Positions 13,035 to 37,763 of a stretch of 64,000 nucleotides of DNA are shown piece by piece (position 1 is the first letter of the stretch; every line of letters begins with the position of its first letter). Both the position numbers and the translations under genes were made by a program. The notes under the pieces are model-generated. The model saw only the letters and a program-made list of their open reading frames with translations, was not told the origin of the DNA and did not search any database. The stretch is from Eledone cirrhosa (lineage: Eukaryota), in contig OZ024764.1 in NCBI GenBank assembly GCA_964016885.1, positions 10,168,001-10,232,000 on the forward strand, given 5' to 3'.

Positions 13035-13951
13035 ATTTTGTTTAAACCGGAAATATCCGGTCATAATTCTCTCACCTCTTTCTGCTTTAAACCGGCTGTA
13101 ACTGGCCACTCATAGTGATGTTGAGCTATTGTTCTCAAAAGAAATAATATCAAAATCTCATAGATTCGATATTATGTGAGGTAAAGCCTTTACCATGAAA
13201 GAACAATAGTATATATAGAGTAATGTAAATGTTATGTGAGATATGTGAGGTAAAGCCTTTACCATGAAAGAACAATAGTATATATAGAGTAATGTAAATG
13301 TTATGTGAGATATTATGTGAGGTAAAGTCTTTACTGTGAATATATAATAGTATATATATAGAGTAATGTAAATGTTATGTGAGATATTATGTGAGGTAAA
13401 GCCTTTACTGTGAATATATAATAGTATATATATAGAGTAATGTAAATGTTATGTGAGATATTATGTGAGGTAAAGCCTTTACCATGAAAATACAATAGTA
13501 AATATAGAGTAATGTAAATGTTATGTGAGGTATTATGTGAGGTAAAGCCTTTACTGTGAAAATATAATAGTATATATAGAGTAATGTAAATATGTGAGAT
13601 ATTATGTGAGGTAAAGCCTTTACTGTGAAAATATAATAGTATATATAGAGTAATGTAAATGTTATGTGAGATATTATGTGAGGTAAAGCCTTTACTGTGA
13701 ATATATAATAGTATATATATAGAGTAATGTAAATGTTATGTGAGATATTATGTGAGGTAAAGCCTTTACTGTGAAAATACAATAGTATATATAGAGTAAT
13801 GTAAATGTTATGTGAGATATTATGTGAGGTAAAGCCTTTACTGTGACAATATAATAGTAAATATAGAGTAATGTAAATGTTATGTGAAGTAAAGCCTTTA
13901 TCACAAAAATACAACAGTATATACAGAGTAATGTAAATGGTAAAGGGTTAA
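13035..13951. mobile_element. piggyBac-like MITE with internal about 62-bp tandem array (13170-13940)
   Basis: Ends AAAGGG-TTAA; sisters 39970-40512 (split by a SINE) and 45790-46512 (44-bp internal array). Confidence 0.55.
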
Positions 13952-14089
13952 ACTTTAATCTGTACTAATAATAAACATATACACACACACATACATATAT
14001 ATATAGAGAAATATATATATTTGTGTGTGTGAATCCCGGGTTCAATCGGGGGTAACCACAGTAAGTAAGGCACTCAATACATAGTAGAG

Positions 14090-14236
14090 TATAAATATTT
14101 AATATAGAAATGGCTTCTACAGGACTAGAACTGTTTCATTCATGAGAAATCATCAGGAAGCTGACTGTCCAAGTAAATATGGTGGAATGAAACGGTTCTA
14201 ATCCTGTAGAAGCCATTTCTATATTAAATATTTATA
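14090..14236. repeat. Inverted repeat (about 50-bp arms) overlapping the hammerhead motif
   Basis: TAAATATTTAATATAGAAATGGCTTCTACAGG..GTTTCATTC / GAATGAAAC..CCTGTAGAAGCCATTTCTATATTAAATATTTA. Confidence 0.85.
14113..14161 (-). ncRNA. Type I hammerhead ribozyme motif (stem II base U.U)
   Basis: GCTTC-CTGATGA-TTTC TCAT GAAT-GAA-ACAG ttctagtc CTGT-A-GAAGC on the - strand. Confidence 0.6.
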
Positions 14237-14411
14237 TATATATGTGTGTGTGCGAGTTTTCAGTCTAAACACACCAACAATTACCAACGCCATTGCAAAC
14301 ATCATCACCATCACCACCTGCTGGTTGCCTTTGTCAACAACACTGTAATGTGTAACATGTGTGTGTGTGGAGGGTGGGTGGGATGGTGTAGGGTAGGAAA
14401 GTTTTACAAAT

Positions 14412-26788
<12,377 letters not shown>

Positions 26789-27145
26789 GGCAGCCACAAC
26801 TTCCCAACAGACAACAAACAAAGTTTCACTTCTCCCTCACCTGTTCGTCGTGTTTATTAAAGTTCGTGTACCGGAAAACGACGGAGACAGCCGAAGGGAG
26901 GTTAGTATGTGTCCGTGTATATATTTATATTTTTTATACCTTTATATTTCTTTATAAAGTTGGTGTATATAAACATATGTATATATATTATGTTGTTTTT
27001 ATGTCGGATTAATTATGATATTATGATAATAAAGTTAGCTTCTTCTTAAAAAGAAAGTTTTCACTGAATTAACAGCGTCTTTCTTTCTCCCGCCCTACGG
27101 TTCGAATTCCGGAAAAAAGTTTGTTTACGAAAAAGCGGAACGCTG

Positions 27146-27409
27146 GAGAAAGAGAGAGTGGTGAGAGAGAGATAAAGAGAGAGAGACAGAGAAAGATAAA
27201 GAGAGAGGGAGAGGGTGAGAGAAAGAAAGAGAGAGAGATTAATAGAGATAGAGAGAGAGGGATAAAGAGAGAGAGAAATAAAGGGAGAGAAAGAAAGAAA
27301 GAAAGGGGTGAGAGCGAAATAAAGAGAGAGAGAGAAAGAGAGAAAGGGGTGAGAGAGAGAATGGACAGATATATATAAAGAGATAGAGAGAGGGCGGGGG
27401 AGAGAATGG

Positions 27410-27455
<46 letters not shown>

Positions 27456-27541
27456 CGGGAAGAATAGATAGAGGTTAGAGAGAGAGAAGAGAAAGATAGA
27501 TTAAAATTTAAAAAAGAGGGGGAGAAAAGAGAGAGGGAGGG

Positions 27542-27593
<52 letters not shown>

Positions 27594-28100
27594 CAAACTC
27601 GTTAATTTTGTGTTTCTCTTTTTCTCTCTCTGTAATCTTATGCGTCTGTCTTTCTCTCTCTCAGCTTATGTATCTGTCTTTCTCTATCTCTCCTCCTCTC
27701 TCTCAGCTTATGTGTCTGTCTCTATCTATTTTTCCCCTTCTCTTCTTAAGTTTATATATCTATCTTTCTCTCTCTAAGCTTATGTGTCTGTCTTTCTCTT
27801 CCTCCTCTCTCGTTAAATTTTTGTCTGTTTTTCTCTCTTAAGCTTATGTATCTGTCTTTCTCTAGCTCTCCCCCTCTCTCTCTCATCTTATGTGTCTGTT
27901 TTTCTCTACCTCTCAGCTTATGTGTCTGTCTTTCTCTATCTCTCCCCCTCTCTCTCTCAGCTTATGTGTCTGTTTTTCTCTATCTCTCCCCTCTTTCAAC
28001 TTATGTGTTATTCTTTCTCTACATCTCTCCCTTCTACCCCTCTGTATCTATCTATCTATATATTACATACAACAGCGAGAGAGAGAGAGAGAGAGAGAAA
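27146..28100. repeat. (GA)n tract followed by TC-rich degenerate repeats
   Basis: Purine block 27146-27590, pyrimidine block 27610-28060. Confidence 0.85.
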
Positions 28101-28665
28101 GAGTAAGAAATATATAAGACGAAGCCATTACATCTAAATATTTCTTAACGTTATTTTTCGAATCTTTTTAATATTTTCTCTCGCTGTAAATTTATCAGAC
28201 ACATCATATAATGAATTTATAAATATTTCTTTCTCGACTTCATTGAAAAAATTTTACCATGCCGATGCCTATATAGCAATAATTTTAAAATATAAACGTG
28301 TATGAAATTTATAAAGTAAACCAGTATGGCGGCCGTTATATATATATATAAATATATATATTAAACATAAAATGAAATTTTAAGTAATCTACATCAAATT
28401 TATATATGAGAACCAAATGAATTTCGACTTTTTTCCTAATATATCTAAATTCAAGTAATCATTTTTGTAAATACACATATATATATACAATATATATGTA
28501 TATATAATATGCGTATATACGTAATCTATAAAATTAACTGTGATGTTCTTCTTATATTAATATCGATTCAATATCTTGTTTATATCGAACATACATCTGA
28601 AACAATATCGAATGAAAATGGCATAGCAAATATATATATATATTTTGTCATCTACAGATATATTG

Positions 28666-28747
28666 GCTGTGGTGGCCGAGTGGTTAAGGCGTTGGACTTG
28701 AAATCCAATGGGTTATACCCGCGCAGGTTCGAATCCTGCCCGCAGCG
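28666..28747 (+). tRNA. tRNA-Ser (anticodon UGA)
   Basis: GCTGTGG/CCGCAGC acceptor stem + G73, A box TGGCCGAGTGG, anticodon arm TTGGA-CTTGAAA-TCCAA, long variable arm GGG-TTATA-CCC, T arm GCAGG-TTCGAAT-CCTGC. Confidence 0.96.
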
Positions 28748-28748
28748 A

Positions 28749-28758
28749 TTTTTTTTTT
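28749..28758 (+). terminator. Pol III oligo-T terminator of tRNA-Ser
   Basis: T10 run immediately after the tRNA 3' end. Confidence 0.85.
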
Positions 28759-28799
28759 CATTTTTATTAATATTGTCATTAGATAATGGCCATTCTGAG

Positions 28800-29105
28800 A
28801 CACTCAGTCATTAGCCATGCTGGGGCACTATTTCAGTCATTAGACAATGACCATGCTGGGGCACTACCTTCTTTTACTGATTTCAGTCATTAGACTGTGG
28901 CCATGCTGGGGCGCTGACTTCTTTTACTGGTTTCAGTCATTAGACTGTGGCCATGCCTTCTTTTACTGGTTTCAGTCATCAGACAATGGCCATGCTGGGG
29001 CGATGACTTTTATTGGTTTCCGTCATTAGACTGTGGCCGTGCTGGGGCACTGCCTTTATTCACTAGACTGTGGCCATGCTGGGGCACGGCTTTTTCTTAC
29101 TGGTT
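28800..29105. repeat. Degenerate tandem copies of a dispersed repeat 3' end (also at 11690-11740)
   Basis: TTTTACTGGTTTCAGTCATTAGACTGTGGCCATGCTGGGGCACTGCC. Confidence 0.7.
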
Positions 29106-29358
29106 TCACTTTTCTTGACTTTATATTTCGTCTTCAAAACAAACCTAGTTCTCAGGGAGATTCAGCATAACACAGTGTGTGACAAGGCAGCTGGCCCCTT
29201 TGTATTACAGGTACAACTCCCTTTTACCAGCTAAGGAGACCAAAGTAACGGGAATTGAACTCATAAAGTTACGATCTTGATCTAAACACCTTCCACTATC
29301 AGGAGAGGACTGACTTGGGGTTAAACAACAACAACAACAACAACAAACAAACATAAAA

Positions 29359-29376
29359 TTTATTAAAATTTTTATT
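29359..29376 (-). promoter_or_regulatory. Probable RBM19 polyadenylation signals (two AATAAA)
   Basis: TTTATT at 29359-29364 and 29371-29376 on +, followed on - by a GT-rich TTTGTTTGTTGTTG tract. Confidence 0.6.
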
Positions 29377-29641
29377 TACCTCTCTTCATTTTATTATAAA
29401 TTATCTTTTTTCCTCCATCATAATGTTTAGAAAGAAACCCTGCTTTGGCCACTAAACCTCCATTTAAAAATAAATTATAATCTTAATTTGTCTCCCAACC
29501 CCTTCTCCACCTCTGCTCCCTTCCATCCCCCATACCTCCACCATCATCATAATCTTCATCACCCTCCATCACCATCAGCCACTCCACCATCATCATAGTC
29601 TTCACCCTCCAGTCACTACCTAATACTGTCCTCCACCATCA

Positions 29642-29703
29642 TTATAATTTTCCATCACCAAGAGAGTCCATGATGTTTGTCTTCCTGACCTTCTTGGGGA
29701 TTT
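29642..29703 (-). CDS. RBM19: RBM19 terminal coding exon
   Basis: [23 protein letters not shown] at 29644-29642. Confidence 0.85.
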
Positions 29704-32700
29704 CTGGGAGGAGGAAAAAGAAAGAAAAATAGAGATGAGAAGTGATGTGAGATGTTAGGTGTGATGTGAGATGTGATGTAAGGTGTGAGATGAGATGTGA
29801 TGTGAGATGTTAGATGTGATGTAAGGTGTGAGATAAGGTGTTAGGTGTGATGTGATGTGAGATGTTAGATGTGATGTAAGGTGTGAGATAAGGTGTTAGG
29901 TGTGATGTGATGTGAGATGTTAGATGTGATGTGGGATGTGGTGTAAGGTGTGAGATGAGATGTGATGTGGGATGTGGTGTAAGGTGTGATGTGAGATAAG
30001 GTGTTAGGTGTGATGTGATGTGAGATGTTAGATGTGATGTGGGTTGTGGTGTAAGGTGTGATGTAAGGTGTTATGTGATGGGAGATGTTAGATGTGATGT
30101 AAGGTGTGAGATAAGGTGTTAGGTGTGATGTGATGTGGGATGTGGTGTAAGGTGTGATGTGAGATGTTAGGTGTGAGATAAGGTGTTAGGTGTGATGTGA
30201 TGTGAGATGTTAGATGTGATGTGGGATGTGGTGTGAGATGTGATGTGGGATGTGGTGTAAGGTGTGAGATGTTAGATGTGATGTAAGGTGTTAGGTGTGA
30301 TGTGATGTGATGTGAGATGTTAGATGTGATGTGGGATGTGGTGTAAGGTGTGAGATGAGATGTGATGTGGGATGTGGTGTCAGGTGTGAGATTTGGTGTA
30401 AGGTTTGAGATGCGATGTGATGCGAGATGTGAGATGTGATGTAAGGTGTGAAATGATGTGAGATGTTAGATGTGATGTAAGGTGTGGGATGATGCGAGGT
30501 GAGATGTTAGATGTGAGATGATATGTGATGTGAGATTAAAATAAAGATATGGGGTGGATTGGGATGTGATGCAAGGGAGGTATGGTGTAACGAGATGTGA
30601 AATGAGATGATGAGATGTAATGTTAGATGAGGGTGGAGATGTTACATGAGATGAGAGAGGAGGTATTAACTGTGATGAGCTGTGAGATGCAATGCAAGAT
30701 GTCTGATGCGATGTGAGATATAAGATGTGATGTGCCATGTGAAATGAGATAAGATGTGGTGAGATGATGTTAGATGGAGGTGAGATGTGCGATGTGATAT
30801 GATGTGAGATGCAATGAGCAATGTGAAATGACATGTGGAGTGAGATGAAATGAGATTGGAGACGAGAGGTTAGATGTGATGGAATGTGAGATGTGAAATA
30901 TGGTGATGTTAGATGGAATGTGAAATTAGGTGGAGTGTGAAATGTAAAATGTGACATGTGACAGATGGAATGTGGGATGGGACATTAGATGGAATGTGAA
31001 ATGTGACATTAGATGGAATGTGAAATGTGACATTAGACGGAATGTGAAATGTGACATTAGATGGATTGTGAAATGTGTCATTAGATGGAATGTGAAATGT
31101 GGCATTAGATGGAATGTGGGATGTGACATTAGATGGAATGTGAAATGTGGCATTAGATGGAATGTGAAATGTGACATTAGATGGAATGTGAAATTAGATG
31201 TAATGTGAAATGTGGCATTAGATGGAATGTGAGATGTGACATTAGATAATTTTTTCTACTTTAGGCACAAGGCCAGAAATTATCTCAGTGCATTACTGGT
31301 ACTTTATTTTATCGACCCCGTAAGGATGAAAGGTAAAGTCAACCTCGGAGGGATTGAGATGAAATATGAAATGTTAAATGCGATGTTAAATAGAGAAGTA
31401 TTTGTGGTGATATTTACCATCGTGGAAATGTTCAGCAGTTTTCCTGCGAAGATCTTCAATAGTCTCTTCTGTATCGGCCCATTCTAGGACCAAACGCCGG
31501 CCATACAAATGAGTGCTGTGACACAAGGCATTGAACGCTTTCTACAAATAAACAAAGTCATCATCATCATCATCATCATCATTTTACGTCCGCTTTTCCC
31601 TGCTTGCAAGGGTGAGACGGGTCCTATTCAGCACAGCATCTCTCCACTTGTCACGGTCCTTCGTCATCTCCTCCGTGAGCTTCAGCAATCTGAGGTCTGC
31701 TCTCACCACCTCCGCTCATGCTTTTCGTGGTCTTCCTCTACTGGCATCTCTTGGCACTTCTTTACCCAGTGGTCATCCTCCATGCGCATCACATGTCCAT
31801 ACCATCACAGTCTTGTCTCCCACACACTACAACTTATCCTTCTTATACACAGTTTCTCTTTCAACTCATACATACTTGGCCATTCACGCACATTGACATT
31901 ACATATCCAGCGGAGCATGCTTGCTTCATTTCGCTCCAGCCATCACACATCCTCAGCAGTTGCTGCCCATGTCTCACTACCATGCAGGCATCATATAACC
32001 GGCCTTTCGTATGCAGGGAAAAACCCTTCTTTGTCAGCAGAGGAAGCAGCTCCCTAAACTTCTTCCAACCCGTCCTTATTCTAGATACATGTGACACACT
32101 GTAAAGTGATTGTGTTGGTGACTTGACAAAAAGTGCCCAGTACACCATGTAAAGTGGTCATGTTGGTGGCACAACAAAAAGCACCCAGTCCACACTGTAA
32201 AGTGGTCATGTTGGTGGCAGGATAAAAAGCACCCAGTCCACACTGTAAAGTGGTCGTGTTGGTGTCACAACAAAAAGCGCCCAGTACACCCTCTAAATGT
32301 TATTGGCATTTCCTTGGTCTGATCTGATGATCAGCTCCTTTCTTCTGTCAGGAGTTGTGACCAACAGATAGTATCAGCAATGTAAAGACGAATGGAAACA
32401 TTGTTTCCTTGGTCAATTTGACAAGTTCAACCCCACTTGTTAAGCGAATGAGCTCTGGGATTTTGTCGATTGATCAAAGACAAATATAAATATATACATA
32501 TAGAATTAGGATTGGTGCTCTGAAATAGCGATGTATACATGAATGTATGTATAATATATTTGGCAATATACTGTATGTTTAATTAAAAACATTTTGAAGA
32601 CAATTCGCTATCAGTTTTAAAGTAGTGACTATGTCACTTCTTTTTTGACAAAAGAAGGGAGAGAAGCTGACAGTCTGTTTCATGCTGGTTGGCGTTCATC

Positions 32701-35700
32701 AGAGCCACGCACTCTCCTGCTTCCGCAGAAAATTATAGAAGCTGGATTCTTATAAAATTCCAGTAATTATCAGGAGCTGATTATACAGAGCTATTGCCGG
32801 TCCAGCATAAATTAGGAATTAGGATGGGTGCTCTGAAATATCGATCATTTCATCATTCATTTCATTTTACGTCCGCTTTTTTCCCTGCTTGCAAGGGTGG
32901 GACGGGAACTGATTCTGGCTTGATTTCTACAGCTGGATGCCCTTCCTAACACCAACCTCATTTACAGTGAGTGCTGGGTACTTTTTTGCCGTGGCACCTC
33001 CACGACCACTTTGCAGTGGAATGATATGGATCTCAGTCCCTATCATCTCATTTCTACAGCTGAGTAAACTGGAGCAATGTGAAATAAAGTGTCTTGCTCA
33101 AGGAAACAACACATCACCCGGTCTGAGAATTAATCGATGTATACATGAATGTATGTATAGTATATTTGGCAATTATAGATATATGTATATTGTTAGAAAT
33201 ATAGTAAATGAAAGAGTTAACGAGTTAAGACCATACCTTAGCCTCTCGACGATTTACAAAGTCGACAAAAGCAAAACCTCGATGGGACCCAGTACCGGCC
33301 ATCTTCTTGGGTAAGCGGACAATTTTAAGTTCTCCAAAGACACTGGAATGGAAATAAAGAACAGAAATTATAGACATCATCATCATTATCACAGTTTTAC
33401 GTATGTTCTTCCATGCTAGCATGGGTTAGACGGATTGTCCTGTTGTGGGCAGTGTCCAGTTGGCTGACCTTGTCTTGCTCATACAGGAACTGATTCTGGC
33501 TTGATTTCTACAGCTAGATGCCCTTCCTAACACCAACCTCATTTACAGTGAGTGCTAGGTGCTTTTTTTTCCGTGGCGCCTACACGTCTACTTTGCAGTG
33601 AGAGTGGTGGGAACATATTGTCCATATGCTTCAGCTTCGGCTTGTACCCGTGGGAAGTCGGGTCTTCAGTATTACTGCGTGACGCCAGAGGTCACGGTCG
33701 TGTGTCATCACCTTTGAGAATTGCAATTGGGTAAGGTCGGCTTTTATCACCTTATCCCAGGTCTTCTTGGGTCTCCCCACTCCGCGGCTTTCATCGACTT
33801 CTAGTGCTTTGCACCTTTTTATGCAGCTGTCATCCTTCATACACATCACATGTCCATACCAACACAACCTCCTCTCCTGTACACAACATTTGGTCGTTTA
33901 ATATCTATTTTTCCACACTAACATGGGTTAGACAAGTTGTCCTGACCTTGTGAGACAAGTCAGATCAGATGACCATGACTTGCTCATAACAGAAAGAGGT
34001 GAGAGAATTCTGGCTGGATATGGCCGGTTTAAATGTTAAAGGGTTAAGGATGGTTTAGGCTTAGTACCATTTATCTAAACATAAATACCAGGGCATTTGT
34101 ATAGAGACATCAGGACAACAAGAAGCTGACCATTGGTCCCATATTCGACAGAACATTCCACAATGGTTGAGAAAGTCAGGTAAATAATAATAATAATAAT
34201 AATGAAATTATTGTGTACAGTGCTCAGGTGCACTACAACTCATCAAAGGCACATAGAATAGTGTACAAATGTCAGGAAAATGAACAGTGTATGAGTCATG
34301 ATATACAGATACATGTCTACGTATATATATATATGTGTGTGTCTGTTTATATATATATAAACATTATTGTACAGTGCTCAGGTGCACTACAACTCATCAA
34401 AGGTGCATGTATAGTACATAGAATAATGTACTAATGTCAAGAAAATGAACAGTGTATGAGTCATGATATACACACCGATACACAATAAATATAGTAAATA
34501 TAGAGTAATGTAAATACTAAAGGGTTAAATCTTTCTAAATTTCATCATACACAAGAACATTGTGTATGGTCAGAATTCTTCCACCTTTTTCTGTTCAAAC
34601 TGGTTGTAACTGGTCAGGAAAGTGAACAGTGTATGAGTCATGATATGCATGTGTGTGTGTGTGTATGAAGGGGGAATATCAGGTGTAGTGTTGGCGAATC
34701 TCAGGAAGCATGGAGGTTTTAAAGGATACAGTGTCTCGACAGCTAACAACTGATGCAGGTAGTTCGTTCCATGGAGGTTTTAAAGGATGCAGTGTCTCGA
34801 CAGCTAACAACTGATGCAGGTAGTTTGTTCCATGGAGGTTTTAAAGGATGCAGTGTCTCAACAGCTAACAACCGATGTAGGTAGTTTGTTCCATGGAAGT
34901 TTTAAAGGATGCAGTGTCTCAACAGCTAACAACTGATGCAGGTAGTTTGTTCCATGGAGGTTTTAAAGGATGCAGTGTCTCAACAGCTAACAACTTATGT
35001 AGGTAGTTTGTTCCATGGAAGTTTTAAAGGATGCAGTGTCTCAACAGCTAACAACTGATGCAGGTAGTTTGTTCCATGGAGGTTGTAAAGGATGCAGTGT
35101 CTCGACAGCTAACAACTTATGCAGGTAGTTTGTTCCATGGAGGTTTTAAAGGATGCAGTGTCTCAACAGCTAACAACTTATATAGGTAGTTTGTTCCATG
35201 GAGGTTTTAAAGGATGCAGTGTCTCGACAGCTAACAACTTATGTAGGTAGTTTGTTCCATGGAGGTTGTAAAGGATGCAGTGTCTCGACAGCTAACAACT
35301 GATGCAGGTAGTTTGTTCCATGGAGGGTTTAAAGGATGCAGTGTCTCGACAGCTAACAACTGATGCAGGTAGTTTGTTCCATTGAGGGTTTAAAGGATGC
35401 AGTGTCTCGACAGCTAACAACTTATGCAGGTAGTTTGTTCCTTGCTTCAGCATGAAAAAATGTTTACTAAAGTCAAGGGAGCTGTGCTGTTTTCTGACTT
35501 TGTAGGCATGTGCATGTGTGTTGGATGCATGGAATTCAAGAACCTCTGGAGGCATCAAAAATGGACAGAGTCACCTGTGAGGCATATTTACCTGAATAAT
35601 TGCTGAATTTCTTTCTTCTTAGCCTGGAATGGAATATTTCTAACCAAAATTTTTGTGGTTTTCTGTTGTTTTTTCACTTGCTTTTTACGGGCAACAACTT

Positions 35701-36912
35701 TAGCGCTTCTGAAAAATATATATATATACTTTATAAATAACAATGAAAGAGTGTTTAAAACATTTAATCACTTATAATCGTTTCATCCTAGCACAAGGCC
35801 GGATTCATCAGAGTATATAACAAAGGTTAAAACACAAATATAATATCAGAAGTTTGTCATAAGAACATTAGGAGGTTACATAATATGGGAAGTAAGCATA
35901 AGTATCAACATTTATATAAGAAAAGATAGCAAAGGTAGAAGAAACATATGGAAAATATGACCATATAAATGGTATAAAATAAAATTAGGAGCAGCTAAAA
36001 GCAAAGAAGTATAGTGCAAGACATATATCCTAATTAGTAAATAAACATATATCATAAGCATTACAGAAGTTTATAAAGTTAATAAGAGCAGGTGTGCAGT
36101 TCAAATATCATCATCAGCGATTAACGACTATCTTCCACGTTAGCATGGGTTTAGAAGGGGATTGTCCCACTTGAGGCAAGATTGGTTGGGTGACCATGTC
36201 TCGCTTGTATAGGACTATCTGGCAGGTTTTCTACAGCTGGATGCCCTTCCTAACACTAACCACATTTACAGTGTGGACTGGGAGCCTTTTTACTGTGTTA
36301 CCTACATGACCACATTACAGCGTGGACCATCTCGATGATGACGAAGATAATGGAAATGATGACGGTGGAGATGGTGATGGTGATGTTAGTGATGATGGTG
36401 ATGATGGTGGTGATGATAGTGATGATGATGGTGATGTTAGTGATGGACGTGTTTTTTTTTGTTGTGACACCTACACGATCTCATTAGTTTGGACTGGATG
36501 TTGTGGTACCAACATAACTTTATAGGGAAAGGGTGGTGTTGGTCGGAGTGGGAGGATGGAGTAGGGGTAGTGGGTTGGGGTGTATGTTTGGTTTGGAGGG
36601 GCCTACTGACTGTAGGTTAACTTTGCACGTAGGCAAGGCGAGTCTTCTGTATTACTGCGTAGCGCCAAATATCTCGGTCCAGTGACATTGTCTTAGAGAG
36701 GTACAAATGTGCAAGGTCGGAATTTATCATTTTGATCGCCCTGCAGTTTTTTATGCAGCTGTCATCTTTCATGCACATCACGTGACCATACCAACATAAT
36801 CCTCTCTCAAGTAAACAACATCTGATCCCTCTTATTCTTAATTTCTCACATTCAACGGATCATGTGTGCATGTTTCATTCCTTTCCAGTCTCCAAAATAT
36901 ATTTTTTATAAT

Positions 36913-36948
<36 letters not shown>

Positions 36949-37697
36949 CCTTGAGCAAGACACTTTATTTCACATTGCTCCAGTTTAGTCAGCTGTAGAA
37001 ATGAGATGATAGGACTGGGGTCCCTATCATTCCACTGCAAAGTGGTCATGGAGGTGCCACGGCAAAATACCACCCAGCACTGACTGTAAAGTGGTCATGG
37101 AGGTGCCACGGCAAAATACCACCCAGCACTGACTGTAAAGTGGTCATGGAGGTGCCACGGCAAAATACCACCCAGCACTCACTGTAAAGTGGTCATGGAG
37201 GTGAAACGGAAAAAAAGCACCCAGCACTCACTGTAAATGAGGTTGGTGTTAGGAAGGGCATCCAGCTGTAGAAATCAAGCCAGAATCAGTTCCCGTATGA
37301 GCAAGACAAGGTCAGCCGATCAGACACTGCCCACAACAGGACAACCCGTCTAACCCATGCTAGCGTGGAAGAACGGACATAAAACGGTGATGATGATGAT
37401 GCTGATGATATATATATATATATATAAAATACGTAGTTTAGAAAGCCACAACAATGCAGAGGGAAATCTCGAGGTAGGAAGTGAATGATAGATAGGAGAA
37501 ATAGGATAAAGTGAAAATTGAGAGAGACAAAGATGAAAACAAAACAAAGGTAGAAGGGTTACCGTAGTGGAGATTTAATCCCAATATTTCGGGCTCACGC
37601 CCATCTACGGGGGAAAGTTCCAAAAGGGGGGGAACAGGCTAAGCGGAGAAAGTTGTGATGTCGTTAAAACAGGAATGCCGTTATGGGGAGAAAATTA

Positions 37698-37763
<66 letters not shown>

